From assembly GCA_039033475.1 (NCBI GenBank), contig JBCCCO010000003.1, positions 724 through 64,723 on the forward strand: a stretch of 64,000 nt of DNA, read 5' to 3'. The notes under the pieces are model-generated. The model did not search any database, was not told the origin of the DNA, and saw nothing but the letters and a program-made list of their open reading frames with translations. Position numbers and translations under genes: made by a program. The stretch comes from Pseudomonadota bacterium. GTDB lineage: Bacteria > Pseudomonadota > Alphaproteobacteria > Rhizobiales > CBDHHC01. Shown one piece after another: positions 17,298-25,704 of this stretch. Every line of letters starts with the position of its first letter. The first letter of the stretch is position 1.

Positions 17298-17720
17298 ATG
17301 AGTCAAATGGAGCAAATTTTAACAGCTAGTACGCCATCCGAAGATGAAGACTTCATGAACGATAGGCAACTAGAATATTTTCGCAATAAATTGCTTGACT
17401 GGAAGCAGGATATTATCCAGTCGACACGCGAAACTTTGCAGCATTTACAAGAAGATGAACGCAATCACCCAGACATAACAGACCGCGCCACATCAGAGAC
17501 GGATAAGGCGCTTGAATTGCGTACACGAGACCGTCAGCGTAAGCTAATTTCAAAAATTGATGCTGCACTCGCGCGTATTGAAAACGGGACTTATGGATAC
17601 TGCGAAGTCACTGATGAGCCAATTGGTTTTAAGAGGCTGGACGCAAGGCCAATTGCAACACTTAGCTTGGAAGCTCAAGAATTGCATGAAAGACGCGAGC
17701 GTGTTTACAGAGATGATTGA
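17298..17720 (+). CDS. dksA: RNA polymerase-binding factor DksA, non-zinc form
   Basis: LEYFRNKLLDWK..., a coiled coil, then GTYGYCEVTDEPIGFKRLDARPIATLSLEAQELHERRE. Only one Cys is present in place of the Cys4 zinc finger. Confidence 0.85.
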   Translation: MSQMEQILTASTPSEDEDFMNDRQLEYFRNKLLDWKQDIIQSTRETLQHLQEDERNHPDITDRATSETDKALELRTRDRQRKLISKIDAALARIENGTYGYCEVTDEPIGFKRLDARPIATLSLEAQELHERRERVYRDD

Positions 17721-17761
17721 ACTTTTCCTAACACTCTATTCTATATAAATTTTCTATAATA

Positions 17762-18508
17762 TCAAAAGGGCAATAAGACATCGAGCGCTTGTTGCCCATA
17801 TCTCGGCTGTTGCACATCGGTTATTTGCCCTCTTCCGCCATAAGCAACACGGGCTTCAGCAATTTGAGAAATCGGAATTGTATTTTCTGAGCTAATATCC
17901 TCAGGTCTGATAATACCTGCAACAATAACTTCACGCACTTCAAAATTGACACGGATTTCTTGACGACCTTCAATAACTAAATTTCCGTTAGGTAATCTTT
18001 GGGTTACAACCGCAGCCATTTTCGTGGTTAAACTTTCCTCGCGGTCAACGGAACCTTCTCCTTGAGTGTTTGTAGTGCTGTTAACATTGACGAGTTCAGA
18101 CAAATTAACTCCCCCGGGCAAAGCTTTGGCCAAAGTGCTTTCCAGGCCCAATAAACCTGTTACGCCTAGTTGATCTGTTCCAGTTCTGTTGCGTGATGTG
18201 CCGTTTTCAATTTCCGCGCTGTCATCTATTTCTATTAAGACTGTCAAAATATCTCCAACCTTTGCAGCGCGCTGATCTTTAAAAAAGGCACGTGCTCCAT
18301 TGCGCCATAATGAATTTGCGCTGTATTGAGGCTTTTCAAGAGGAGGCATCGGCAAGCTAACAGGTTTGTAGCCTGGCTTTGTGACAGGATTTTTGATTGC
18401 CGTTAATTTAGGTGTATCACCTATACTGGCAAGTCGATCAAAATTTGCACAACCTGCACTTAATGCACTTATAGCAACGCAAATAACAGAACTGATAAAC
18501 TTATTCAT
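17762..18508 (-). CDS. flgH: flagellar L-ring lipoprotein FlgH
   Basis: MNKFISSVICVAISALSAGC carries a lipobox. DILTVLIEIDDSAE...LVIEGRQEIRVNFEVREVIVAGIIRPEDIS fits FlgH. Start chosen at Met17 of the ORF. Confidence 0.9.
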   Translation of the reverse strand: MNKFISSVICVAISALSAGCANFDRLASIGDTPKLTAIKNPVTKPGYKPVSLPMPPLEKPQYSANSLWRNGARAFFKDQRAAKVGDILTVLIEIDDSAEIENGTSRNRTGTDQLGVTGLLGLESTLAKALPGGVNLSELVNVNSTTNTQGEGSVDREESLTTKMAAVVTQRLPNGNLVIEGRQEIRVNFEVREVIVAGIIRPEDISSENTIPISQIAEARVAYGGRGQITDVQQPRYGQQALDVLLPF

Positions 18509-18553
18509 CACACAACTTTCAAACAAAACAAACTTTAAGCCACTAGAGCGATT

Positions 18554-18581
18554 CAACCTGAATTGAATTCAATTCAGGTTG
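18554..18581. repeat. perfect 28-bp palindrome between flgA and flgH
   Basis: CAACCTGAATTGAA|TTCAATTCAGGTTG has 14+14 nt arms with no mismatch. It lies 46 nt upstream of the flgH ATG, and no U-tract follows on either strand. Confidence 0.85.
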
Positions 18582-18764
18582 AAAAATTGCTCGTTTTAAA
18601 AAGACTACAGCTTGTAAGATAAGGCATAGCCGAAGTTGACATGCTGTAGGACACAAAAAATATTAGGTTTTTAACATAACGAATCGTGCTTAAAAAAATC
18701 TTAAAAGATGTGTTATTTTGAGAAACCAATTGAAATTAAAGAAGGAATTAGAGATATATCAAAA

Positions 18765-19835
18765 CTATCGTACTATGTAGGCTTCTCTACTTTTTGGTTT
18801 TGGAGGCTTAATATTTGCAGTATTGGTAATTGTATTATTAGGTGCGGTTGATGAAACAGATACAGCTCCAGGGCTAATAACAATAGCTTGAATTTTACGT
18901 TTGGACTTTAAGTTCATAATCGTAATTTCATCACCCTTGGCTCCATCATTAAGAGCTTTACCCTTCGTGCGTAACGATAACCCCGGCACCTTAAACTGAA
19001 TATTTATAATTTCATTCTTCTTGATAATTTTAGGAATTTCAATATCCCTTTTAGAAACCGGAATATTAGCGACAAGAGCACGCTTTGCAGACTTGCCAAT
19101 AATATCATTTTTATTCTTGATATGCCGATTTTTAATACGATTGGCTGGAAACTTTTCAGTTTTAATATCATCTGCAGTGATAATACTGCCGACCTCGATA
19201 ACGCGGTTCGGGACAACAGCTTGTGCTGTTCTTAAGATGCGGCCGTTATAAGTTACCTTTGCAACATTTCCAGATAATTCTTCTGTTCCAAGAACAGCGC
19301 GAAATATACCATTTTGTAAATTTAGCTGTGAATTTACAATCACAACCGGATTGTTATTGCGTTTATCGAGATGCAATCCTTTTGCCCCACGGGCAAATAT
19401 GATGTCTGCGTTATCTCTATTTTCAATTCCGGCTTTTTCAGCAAGCTCGTTCGTTAATAAATCTTTTATTTCTTTTAAGGGTATAAAACGGCTTGGACGC
19501 TCAACTACAATTTTCTTAACGCCCCCTGGGTTGAGCCAAATCAGACCATGACGCTGGGCCGCCACACCAACCCGTGAGGTTGAGATGACACCTGTTGTCC
19601 CTAACTGCGGCGATTGAAAAACGGCAACGCTTTTGCGTATTCCCGCATTTTCAAAAAGATCGCCAAGGGTCACCACGTCATTGTGAACGATAACTTTTTC
19701 TCGCAAGACGGGATCATCCTCGGCGATAGCGGGGGGTACAAGCGTAATCAGACATACAATTGATAACACCGCAACATAGAGGTTATTAAATATCTTATGA
19801 TTATTTCTAATTATCGTTGTTATCAAAAAAACCAT
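18765..19835 (-). CDS. flgA: P-ring assembly chaperone FlgA (356 aa)
   Basis: N-terminal signal anchor. C-terminal SAF-like region (VIEVGSIITADDIK...IPVSKRDIE...GKALNDGAKGDEITIMNLKSKRKIQAIV). It sits between flgG and flgH. Confidence 0.8.
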   Translation of the reverse strand: MVFLITTIIRNNHKIFNNLYVAVLSIVCLITLVPPAIAEDDPVLREKVIVHNDVVTLGDLFENAGIRKSVAVFQSPQLGTTGVISTSRVGVAAQRHGLIWLNPGGVKKIVVERPSRFIPLKEIKDLLTNELAEKAGIENRDNADIIFARGAKGLHLDKRNNNPVVIVNSQLNLQNGIFRAVLGTEELSGNVAKVTYNGRILRTAQAVVPNRVIEVGSIITADDIKTEKFPANRIKNRHIKNKNDIIGKSAKRALVANIPVSKRDIEIPKIIKKNEIINIQFKVPGLSLRTKGKALNDGAKGDEITIMNLKSKRKIQAIVISPGAVSVSSTAPNNTITNTANIKPPKPKSREAYIVR

Positions 19836-19846
19836 TTGGCAAACTC

Positions 19847-20635
19847 CTAACGTATAATATTAGAGGCCGTTGACAACATCTCATCAGATGCTTGAATGAC
19901 TTTTGAGTTTAGTTCATAAGCACGTTGGGCCGTGATAAGTGATGAAAGTTCTAAAACGGCATCAACGTTAGAACCTTCTAAAAATCTTTGAGCAATCGAG
20001 CCAAACCCTGTATCATTCGGATTGCCCAAGTTTGCGGTACCGCTTGAGCTTGTTTCAAGATATAAATTATCTCCAATGGCGGTTAATCCTGATTTGTTTG
20101 CAAAATTTGCCAATTGAATTTGTCCCAACACCGTTGGCGTTGTTGCCGTCCCTACGATAGCTTGGATCTGACCTTCCTGATTGATGGTAATATTATTGGC
20201 ATCGGTAGGAATAGTAATACCGGGCTGCACTTCAAATCCATCCAGAGTAACCAGGTTGCCATTCTCATTTCTGTTAAAGGACCCATCTCGCGTATAAGCG
20301 GTTTGCCCACTTGGCAAGTTCACGACAAAGAACCCTTCTCCTCGAACTGCAACATCCAGCTCTTTTTGGCTTTGAACAAGATTACCCTGACTCATAACCC
20401 TTGATGTCGCAGCAGTTTTAACGCCGAATCCCAACTGCAATCCCGTTGGCACTGTGGTTCCAGAACTTGAAGAGGCTGAACCAACGCGCCTTAAATCCTG
20501 ATACAGAAGATCTTGAAATTCAGCACGAATTTTTTTAAACCCTGTGGTTTGCAGGTTTGCTATGTTGTGCGAAATAACTTCAACATTAAGTTGTTGTGCC
20601 TGCATTCCTGTTGCAGCAATTTGTAATGATCTCAT
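19847..20635 (-). CDS. flgG: distal rod protein FlgG
   Basis: MRSLQIAATGMQAQQLNVEVISHNIANLQTTGFKK at the N-terminus and LEGSNVDAVLELSSLITAQRAYELNSKVIQASDEMLSTASNI at the C-terminus. Confidence 0.9.
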   Translation of the reverse strand: MRSLQIAATGMQAQQLNVEVISHNIANLQTTGFKKIRAEFQDLLYQDLRRVGSASSSSGTTVPTGLQLGFGVKTAATSRVMSQGNLVQSQKELDVAVRGEGFFVVNLPSGQTAYTRDGSFNRNENGNLVTLDGFEVQPGITIPTDANNITINQEGQIQAIVGTATTPTVLGQIQLANFANKSGLTAIGDNLYLETSSSGTANLGNPNDTGFGSIAQRFLEGSNVDAVLELSSLITAQRAYELNSKVIQASDEMLSTASNIIR

Positions 20636-20686
20636 ATTCCTTGACCCTAACTATAATAATATTCAGATAATCTAATAAATGAATTT

Positions 20687-21433
20687 CTAGTTCTGTTGAG
20701 CCCCCCCTAAACGAGAAATTGCGCCTTGGCGAAGTTCGTGAGCTTGCTGTATCATGCGTGTTGTCGATATATATGCCCGGGTTGTTTGGATCATTTCGGT
20801 CAGTTGTAAAACTGGCTTCACATTTGATTTTTCAACAATTCCTTGCATAGTCCGTGCTTGTGTTCCTGGCACAGGGGCATCTGTCGACGAATAATAAGAT
20901 GCCCCCTCTTTTTTGAGTTGATTTTTGTTGTTGAAATCGACAATTCGAAACCGACCGCGATCTCCAAGGTTGGTTGTAATAGTTGCATCTTCGGTAATTG
21001 CAATATTCGTATCTGCAATGCCAATGGTAATAGGGCCGCCTTCTCCCATCACGGCATGGCCTTCACTTGTAACAAGTGCACCCTCATCATTTCTATGAAA
21101 ATGGCCGTTCCGTGTGTAGCGCTCGCCATCAGGTGTTTGCACCACAAACCATCCAGGCCCTGAGATAGCGACATCAAGCTCAGCCCCAGTCTTTTGCAAA
21201 TCACCTTGCGAAAAATCCCGGTATAGCCCGCTGTCATTCACATAAGAGAGCTTTTGATCATTTGGCTTGAAGGACGTCATGCGTGCATTGGGCATAATAT
21301 ATTCTTCGAACAATGGCATATCACGCTTAAAACCTGCCGTATTGACGTTGGCAATATTGTTCGCAACAATGTCTAGCTTACGTTGCAGCGCAATCTGCCG
21401 TGTTAGTCCTATGTATGATGCGTTTTCGAGCAT
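20687..21433 (-). CDS. flgF: proximal rod protein FlgF
   Basis: Rod-family N-terminus (LDIVANNIANVNTAGFKRD) and C-terminus (VEKSNVKPVLQLTEMIQTTRAYISTTRMIQQAHEL). It lies upstream of flgG. Confidence 0.85.
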   Translation of the reverse strand: MLENASYIGLTRQIALQRKLDIVANNIANVNTAGFKRDMPLFEEYIMPNARMTSFKPNDQKLSYVNDSGLYRDFSQGDLQKTGAELDVAISGPGWFVVQTPDGERYTRNGHFHRNDEGALVTSEGHAVMGEGGPITIGIADTNIAITEDATITTNLGDRGRFRIVDFNNKNQLKKEGASYYSSTDAPVPGTQARTMQGIVEKSNVKPVLQLTEMIQTTRAYISTTRMIQQAHELRQGAISRLGGAQQN

Positions 21434-21571
21434 AGTTCCATCTTAATAATTAAGTAAAAGTCATTCAAAAAATCACCCAAATTGGGCATACTTTGCATTT
21501 GCTAGCCATTATAAAAATAGGCAAATATTGCTATTACTCCAAAACGAGTGTCTTTTCACAAAAAGTACCCA

Positions 21572-21587
21572 AGCATAGAGCATGCCA
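21572..21587 (-). promoter_or_regulatory. sigma54-type promoter facing flgF-G-A-H
   Basis: The minus strand reads TGGCATGCTCTATGCT. GG-N10-GC spacing is exact, with one mismatch in the -12 element. It lies about 140 nt upstream of the flgF ATG. Confidence 0.5.
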
Positions 21588-21835
21588 ATATAATTTCCTT
21601 TTAAAATCATATTGTTATACATTTTACGAGAGTGATATTTTGATCTACTAGGAAAAAAGTTCCAGGCAATTATTGCCGCTTTTTGGGTTTAAGAAACCTT
21701 TCATTAACCCATTTTGTATTATGGTAACTATGGGGATGTTTAGCCAAGCTTAGCTAGCTTGAAATTTTTCAGAGCGTTTCAATATGTCACTATCAAGTTA
21801 TACATGTGATTGACTTATAAGAAGGTTTGCTTGAA

Positions 21836-22354
21836 ATGGCGCAAGAAGACGTTGCAGAAGCTGAGGAGAATGAAGAAGCTGAAGGTGAGTTAAGCGAGGA
21901 AGAAGCCAAAGCCGCAAAATCTAAGAAGTTCAAGTTTTACCTTCTCATAAGCCTGATTCCTCTCGTGCTTGCCCTGGCCGGTATTTATTTCGCCATTTTT
22001 CAGTTTGGGTGGATTGCCTCGGGTGATGGTGAAGAGGGTACGCCTCAAGCATCGCATTATCTTGATTTACCAGAAATGGTCGTCAATTTGAGTGCAAATG
22101 ATAAAAGAGCGCAATACCTCAAAATTAGGATTGCTATTGAGGCCAAGAATCAAGAATCTCTTGATGCATTGCAACCTGTTATGCCGCGTATTCTTGACAT
22201 GTTTCAAATTTATTTGCGTGAGTTGAGAAGTTCAGATTTGGAAGGCTCCGCTGGTATCTTCCGATTGAAGGAAGAATTGCTACATAGAATTAATTTAGCA
22301 ATCCATCCCAAAAGAATTAACCGCGTTTTGTTCAAAGAGATTATTGTTCAGTAA
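21836..22354 (+). CDS. fliL: basal-body-associated protein FliL
   Basis: Acidic N-terminus, one TM segment, then YLDLPEMVVNLSANDKRAQYLKIRIAIEAK...LRELRSSDLEGSAGIFRLKEELLHRIN. ATG at 21836 with GAAGG upstream. Confidence 0.85.
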   Translation: MAQEDVAEAEENEEAEGELSEEEAKAAKSKKFKFYLLISLIPLVLALAGIYFAIFQFGWIASGDGEEGTPQASHYLDLPEMVVNLSANDKRAQYLKIRIAIEAKNQESLDALQPVMPRILDMFQIYLRELRSSDLEGSAGIFRLKEELLHRINLAIHPKRINRVLFKEIIVQ

Positions 22355-22451
22355 TATATCAAATCACAATCATCAGTCATGATTTGATCCGTGCATAAGC
22401 GTCCAGTAAAACCAATCGAAAAATAGCAATTTTTTTGGAGACTTGGCTATC

Positions 22452-23645
22452 ATGTCACCGGGTGATGACGATTTTAATCAAGACGACCTTGCCGCTGCTT
22501 GGGGGGCTGAACTCGAAGATGATGAGGACAAAGGCGGCGATACTGAGGATGGTTTTGACGATGATGTAGCCGCTCAGTGGGCGGCAATGATCGATGAACC
22601 CACAAGCAATAAAAACGATCAGGAACAAGGCGGTTCAGAGCGCGTACTCAACCAAGATGAAATTGATAGTTTATTAGGGTTTGACCTTGATGAACAAGCG
22701 TTATCTGATACAAGCGGTCTGAGGGCTATTGTCAACTCAGCGATGGTCTCATATGAGCGTCTTCCGATGCTTGAGATTGTATTTGACCGCTTAGTTCGCC
22801 TTATGACAACAAGCCTGAGAAATTTCACTTCTGATAATGTGGAAGTAAGCTTAGATAATATTTCAACAATGCGTTTTGGCGATTATCTCAATTCCATTCC
22901 ATTGCCTGCATTATTATCAGTTTTTAATGCTGTTGAGTGGGATGGCTTTGGCTTAATTACGGTCGAGTCAAACTTAATATATGCAATTGTGGATGTGCTT
23001 CTAGGAGGGCGCGGCGCTCCCCCCGTCCGTGTTGAAGGCCGTCCCTATACCACGATTGAAACAAACCTTGTAAGACGTATGATAGAAGTCATAGTCGAGG
23101 ATATGATTAAGGCATTTGAGCCCCTCTCAGCTGTTAATTTTAGACTAGAGCGTTTAGAGACAAACCCAAGATTTGCTGCAATTTCCCGGCCAGCAAATGC
23201 CGCAATTTTGATTAAGCTCAGAATTGATATGGAAGATAGAGGTGGACGTATTGAAGTCCTATTGCCTTACGCAACACTCGAGCCAATCCGTGATTTGTTG
23301 TTGCAAGGCTTTATGGGAGAAAAATTTGGTCGCGACAATATTTGGGAAAGTCACTTGGCAACAGAAATTTGGTCAACCAAGATTTCGATAGATGCTGTTT
23401 TGGATGAATTAAAACTTCCATTATCAAGAATTATGAATCTCGAGGTTGGAGAAACAGTAATGCTGAATTGCAATCCAGATGACACTGTTATGCTACGTTG
23501 TGGAGATATACCATTAACAGTTGGTTATATGGGGCAAAAAGGAAATAATATTGCAGTGCGTGTAAAAAAAGGTATCCACCAGCCAACAAAAAAAGAAATA
23601 CAAGATACTTCGCAGACTTTAGTTCAGACAGAAAACATCGCATAG
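22452..23645 (+). CDS. fliM: flagellar switch protein FliM
   Basis: Acidic N-terminal extension, then RVLNQDEIDSLLGF (CheY-P binding motif), the FliM middle domain and a SpoA-like C-terminus. ATG lies 10 nt after GGAGA. Confidence 0.9.
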   Translation: MSPGDDDFNQDDLAAAWGAELEDDEDKGGDTEDGFDDDVAAQWAAMIDEPTSNKNDQEQGGSERVLNQDEIDSLLGFDLDEQALSDTSGLRAIVNSAMVSYERLPMLEIVFDRLVRLMTTSLRNFTSDNVEVSLDNISTMRFGDYLNSIPLPALLSVFNAVEWDGFGLITVESNLIYAIVDVLLGGRGAPPVRVEGRPYTTIETNLVRRMIEVIVEDMIKAFEPLSAVNFRLERLETNPRFAAISRPANAAILIKLRIDMEDRGGRIEVLLPYATLEPIRDLLLQGFMGEKFGRDNIWESHLATEIWSTKISIDAVLDELKLPLSRIMNLEVGETVMLNCNPDDTVMLRCGDIPLTVGYMGQKGNNIAVRVKKGIHQPTKKEIQDTSQTLVQTENIA

Positions 23646-23659
23646 GAAGGTTAGCGATA

Positions 23660-24352
23660 ATGGGGGCATTTTTAAGTTTTTTTGTTGAATTATTCGTCAT
23701 CTTTCTTTTGTTGGCGACAATAATATATTGCTTTCTCCTCAATCGAAAAATTGACCGATTGCGTTCAGATCAAAAGAGCTTGAAATCTATCATTCGTGAT
23801 CTGAATCAATCAACTTTAAATGCCGATAAAGCTATAGGGGATCTGCGTGTTGCCGTTGATCGCGCGGCCCAAGATTTAGGAGAGCGGGTTAATTATGCGG
23901 AGCATCTGACTGAAAAGTTGACAAAACAGTGTAAAACATCTGAAGGCTTGCTTAGTAAATTAACCTCTGTAGGCCGTGCTTTTCAAACCAAATCGTCTTC
24001 ACAAACGGCATTTTTAAATAGTGATGAGAATAATTCATCTCAAAATCCATATTCAACACCTTTTCCGCCGGCCCCACCGCCATGGAAGAGCCAAGAAATC
24101 AACAATTCACAAAACTTTAGCGCTCCTAACAGCGTGCAACCAAATGAGGCTTATATTTTCAACACAGCACCAGAACAAGCACTTGGAACAATGCAAAACG
24201 CTGTGAATACACCTCTGCAAGGTACACCTATTCAAAATCAGCAATCGCACGCGCAACACACGCACGATACACATTCAAATAGTACTGGAAATCGAATGTT
24301 TCCTCGTTTGAGACTAAGTGCCTTAGCTAAACAAGGATTACCTAAATCTTAA
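23660..24352 (+). CDS. membrane-anchored coiled-coil protein with a Q/N/P/S-rich tail (230 aa), function unknown
   Basis: N-terminal TM segment (FLSFFVELFVIFLLLATIIYCFLL), a helical segment, and a low-complexity C-terminus. It starts 14 nt after the fliM stop. Confidence 0.55.
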   Translation: MGAFLSFFVELFVIFLLLATIIYCFLLNRKIDRLRSDQKSLKSIIRDLNQSTLNADKAIGDLRVAVDRAAQDLGERVNYAEHLTEKLTKQCKTSEGLLSKLTSVGRAFQTKSSSQTAFLNSDENNSSQNPYSTPFPPAPPPWKSQEINNSQNFSAPNSVQPNEAYIFNTAPEQALGTMQNAVNTPLQGTPIQNQQSHAQHTHDTHSNSTGNRMFPRLRLSALAKQGLPKS

Positions 24353-24484
24353 CGCATCTTTTAAAATCTTTATGGCCATCAAAAGTGACTGTAAACGAAG
24401 ATTGTATATTATGCATAGACGATATTTTTGTACCTTTTAGGAACTGTGTCAGAAGCCAGGTTTTAGTCAGAAGGACGCCTAACA

Positions 24485-25531
24485 ATGAAAAATATTCGGC
24501 TGCTCTCCCTCGTTGGATTTGCCGTTTTAGCTTTGCTTGTTATTAAAACACTCGGCTTATTGCTCAATGAGGCTGGCGATTTATCTGGGCAGAAGGTTGC
24601 TGTTGCGCAAAATCAAGGTAAAATACCATCTCCCACAGCAATTCAGAAAGATAAACTCAACAATTCCAACCAGGTTGTGTCAGAGCCTTTAGCAATAAAA
24701 CAGCTATTACCTCGTACTAAAAGACAAAAGCAAAAACAAGCTACAAATCCTGAAAATAATACCATTAAAAATACTGAGAATGTGAAAGCGGATTTAACCG
24801 ATAATAATACTCTTTACCAAGGTTCCGTCTTTGATGAAAATTTTGTTAATGGCGCTGTACCACCACAACTCTCTATCATACCTAAAGATTTCATTTTAAA
24901 TGAAAATACGGTTGATACTCTAGTAACAGGTGCCGTTGGTGAAGAAGACAAAGAAAATAAGCAAGCCCAAAACCAACAACAAGCCCAAACTGAAGCTGAA
25001 AACAATGAACAAGCTACTGGCACAGAAAAGGCTCAACCTGCAAATATAGACCCAGCAAAACAATTGAAGGCAGGGCCCGTAAATAAACCAACAAAGTCAG
25101 AGTTTGAAGTTTTGCGCAGCTTGTCTGATAGACGCAAACAACTCGAAGCAAGAGAGCGCCAACTCGATTTACAAAAAAATCTGCTCAAAGCCGCAGAAAA
25201 GCGGGTTACCTCCAGAATTTCAGAGTTGAGATCAATTGAAGAGCGCATTCGTAGTGCTTTGAAAAAACAAGAGGAAGTTCAATCCGCACAGTATGGCCGT
25301 TTGGTAACAATCTATTCCAAGATGAAGCCTGGGGACGCAGCACGTGTCTTTAACAGACTGGATATTAATATATTATTGGGCCTGGTCCAGCGCATAAAAC
25401 CCAAAGCTATGTCACCGATTATGGCAGCCATGGATCCTGCACAAGTTGAGCGACTAACCTTAGAGATGGCGAGCAAAGCTGAAGATGCAAAAGCGGGCAA
25501 TTCAACGTTACCAAAGATTAATAGCAATTAA
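24485..25531 (+). CDS. MotE-like (MgtE_N-type) flagellar motility protein with a long low-complexity linker (348 aa)
   Basis: N-terminal TM segment and a Q/N/E/K-rich linker. C-terminus RLVTIYSKMKPGDAARVFNRLDINILLGLVQRIKPKAMSPIMAAMDPAQVERLT resembles the MotE/FlbB-type domain. Confidence 0.55.
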   Translation: MKNIRLLSLVGFAVLALLVIKTLGLLLNEAGDLSGQKVAVAQNQGKIPSPTAIQKDKLNNSNQVVSEPLAIKQLLPRTKRQKQKQATNPENNTIKNTENVKADLTDNNTLYQGSVFDENFVNGAVPPQLSIIPKDFILNENTVDTLVTGAVGEEDKENKQAQNQQQAQTEAENNEQATGTEKAQPANIDPAKQLKAGPVNKPTKSEFEVLRSLSDRRKQLEARERQLDLQKNLLKAAEKRVTSRISELRSIEERIRSALKKQEEVQSAQYGRLVTIYSKMKPGDAARVFNRLDINILLGLVQRIKPKAMSPIMAAMDPAQVERLTLEMASKAEDAKAGNSTLPKINSN

Positions 25532-25704
25532 CTTAACTGATTGTAATGCTGAGAGATATTAAATCACTTTTAACTAGAACTCTCTTATTATTTCTAGGAT
25601 TTGTTATAAAGTAAACAAAAGCATAATTTGGGTCACGGGGGCTTTTCTTTGAGGCTCTGAGTGCTCAATATGCATTAAAGTATTGTAGAAAGTACTGCGT
25701 TTCA

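Noticed and set aside
21494-21508. Minus-strand TGGCTAGCAAATGCA upstream of flgF, and a similar GGCTTAGTAAAGC upstream of flagellin 2 near 9157-9169
   Set aside because: Both have GG-N9-GC spacing. The -24/-12 spacing of sigma54 promoters is strict, and a correctly spaced site for flgF exists at 21572-21587.
21690-21712. TTAAGAAACCTTTCATTAACCCAT upstream of fliL as a possible CtrA site
   Set aside because: The half-sites are 11 nt apart rather than 7. TTAACCCAT is one insertion away from the TTAACCAT half-motif, and the offset from the ATG (about 125 nt) differs from the other boxes.
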